From assembly GCF_004010195.1 (NCBI RefSeq), contig NC_057711.1, positions 41,711,581-41,775,580 of the forward strand: a stretch of DNA of 64,000 nt, written 5' to 3'. The position numbers were made by a program, and so were the translations under genes. The stretch comes from Chiloscyllium plagiosum. Lineage: Eukaryota. Positions 62,935 to 64,000 of the stretch are shown in pieces. Every line of letters begins with the position of its first letter. Position 1 is the stretch's first letter. The notes under the pieces were generated by a model, which did no database searches, was not told where the DNA came from, and saw only the letters and a list, made by a program, of their open reading frames with translations.

Positions 62935-64000
62935 GTCGGAAATTTATGCTGCTCCTGGACTATTGTCCTGGAGGTGGCACATTGGGGCTGCAACTCTCCC
63001 CATTCTCTCAGTGATTATTTAATTGCATGCATTCTGGTAAAAGCCAACATTTTTGCTAAAATATAGTCAAAAGCAATTATGATGTATGAAACAAATTTGT
63101 GACAGTACAAATCTACTTAGTTTGATACCATATGTTGACTAGATAGTGAGGAATTGTTGATAGATCAATGATCACAACAGGTTAATCTTATTAGGTTTTG
63201 CAATATGCTATGCTTAAAGCTTAATTTGTACTAATTGTGATATGATTTCTCTGTTAATTGCCACCTTCCTCCTTCTGTCAATGTCATTTGTGGAAGTAAA
63301 CAAGTACACAGTCGTAGGGTTTGGATGTGAGAGGGTGCTGGAACAAGGAGGGGACATTAGGTACGGGAATATTAAGTACATGTATCAGGGCTCAAACCTC
63401 ACAGGAATGCAGGTCAATTTGCCCTAGAAAGTTCTCAAAATACTTGGGAAGTGTAGGGTGGAAGGAACCATCAGTTCAAGGAAAGTCACCCTTGTAGTAT
63501 AGAAAGGACAGAAACTGAGAGTTGCTGCTTCTCCAATCAAGGTTCTCTCTTGCCTTGCTGGTGAGTTTGCTGTTGATAGGCTAATTGTAAGCCTATCAGC
63601 AGCAAATGCAGAGGAAACCCATGCTGTGTTTGGAGGTTCAGCAGGCAGCTGGAAGTAACACTGGTGAACAAATTCCAAGGGGATTCTATTGGTGAGGATG
63701 ATGACTTTTGTTGTCACCAGGTCCAGCCATGGTTTTCCTCTTTGGTCAGGGCTGTAACTTTCACTGGGGAAAATCTAAGAGCAATGTGTGTTAGCGAGCA
63801 GCTTGCATTTGGGAGCAGCAGCAGTTGCTTTTGGAGAAAAATGTGACATTTGCTGCAGGTTTCCTGGGAGGCAGAGCATAAGGCTGCATATTGATGGCAG
63901 GCAAGAAATCGTGGAGTAGTAGTGGGAAATGTGAATGCACAAGCATTGTAGGATCTGCATGTTTTAGAAATAAAGCAATATTAAAGTCAGGGATGATTAA

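Noticed and set aside
1-64000. CRISPR arrays, operons or other prokaryotic systems
   Set aside because: The sequence is eukaryotic intronic DNA. Recurrent motifs are dispersed retroelements, not regularly spaced repeat-spacer arrays.

Overview
Repeat-rich vertebrate genomic DNA. The HE1-type tRNA-derived SINEs and CR1/HER1-type LINEs point to an elasmobranch (shark); this is inferred, not searched. The window holds the 5' part of XRCC4 on the + strand: a CpG-rich promoter at about 3.96-4.3 kb, a first intron of about 45 kb, the ATG-containing exon at 49056-49219 and the next coding exon at 55422-55609. The rest of the gene lies beyond the window. A divergent - strand first exon ends in ATG|GTGAGT (3950-3952), which by exon structure and known head-to-head synteny is most likely TMEM167A. 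Nearly all ORFs in the supplied track are decayed LINE fragments or chance ORFs. The introns contain nested CR1 LINEs, several SINE families, an RTE fragment, a Gypsy integrase relic, a 690-bp solo LTR with a 5-bp TSD and a tRNA-Leu(AAG) pseudogene. The most notable signal is a set of short Penelope-derived insertions with inverted arms, 10-15-bp TSDs and minimal hammerhead-ribozyme cores, two of which flank the XRCC4 start-codon exon in sense orientation. There are also local copy-paste scars: a 43-bp templated insertion, a 185-bp segment shared by two CR1 copies 30 kb apart, and a 55-bp tandem duplication. Hammerheads in Penelope-like elements are a known phenomenon, so I cannot claim a wholly new system. 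Repeat boundaries were read by eye and are approximate unless a TSD is quoted.
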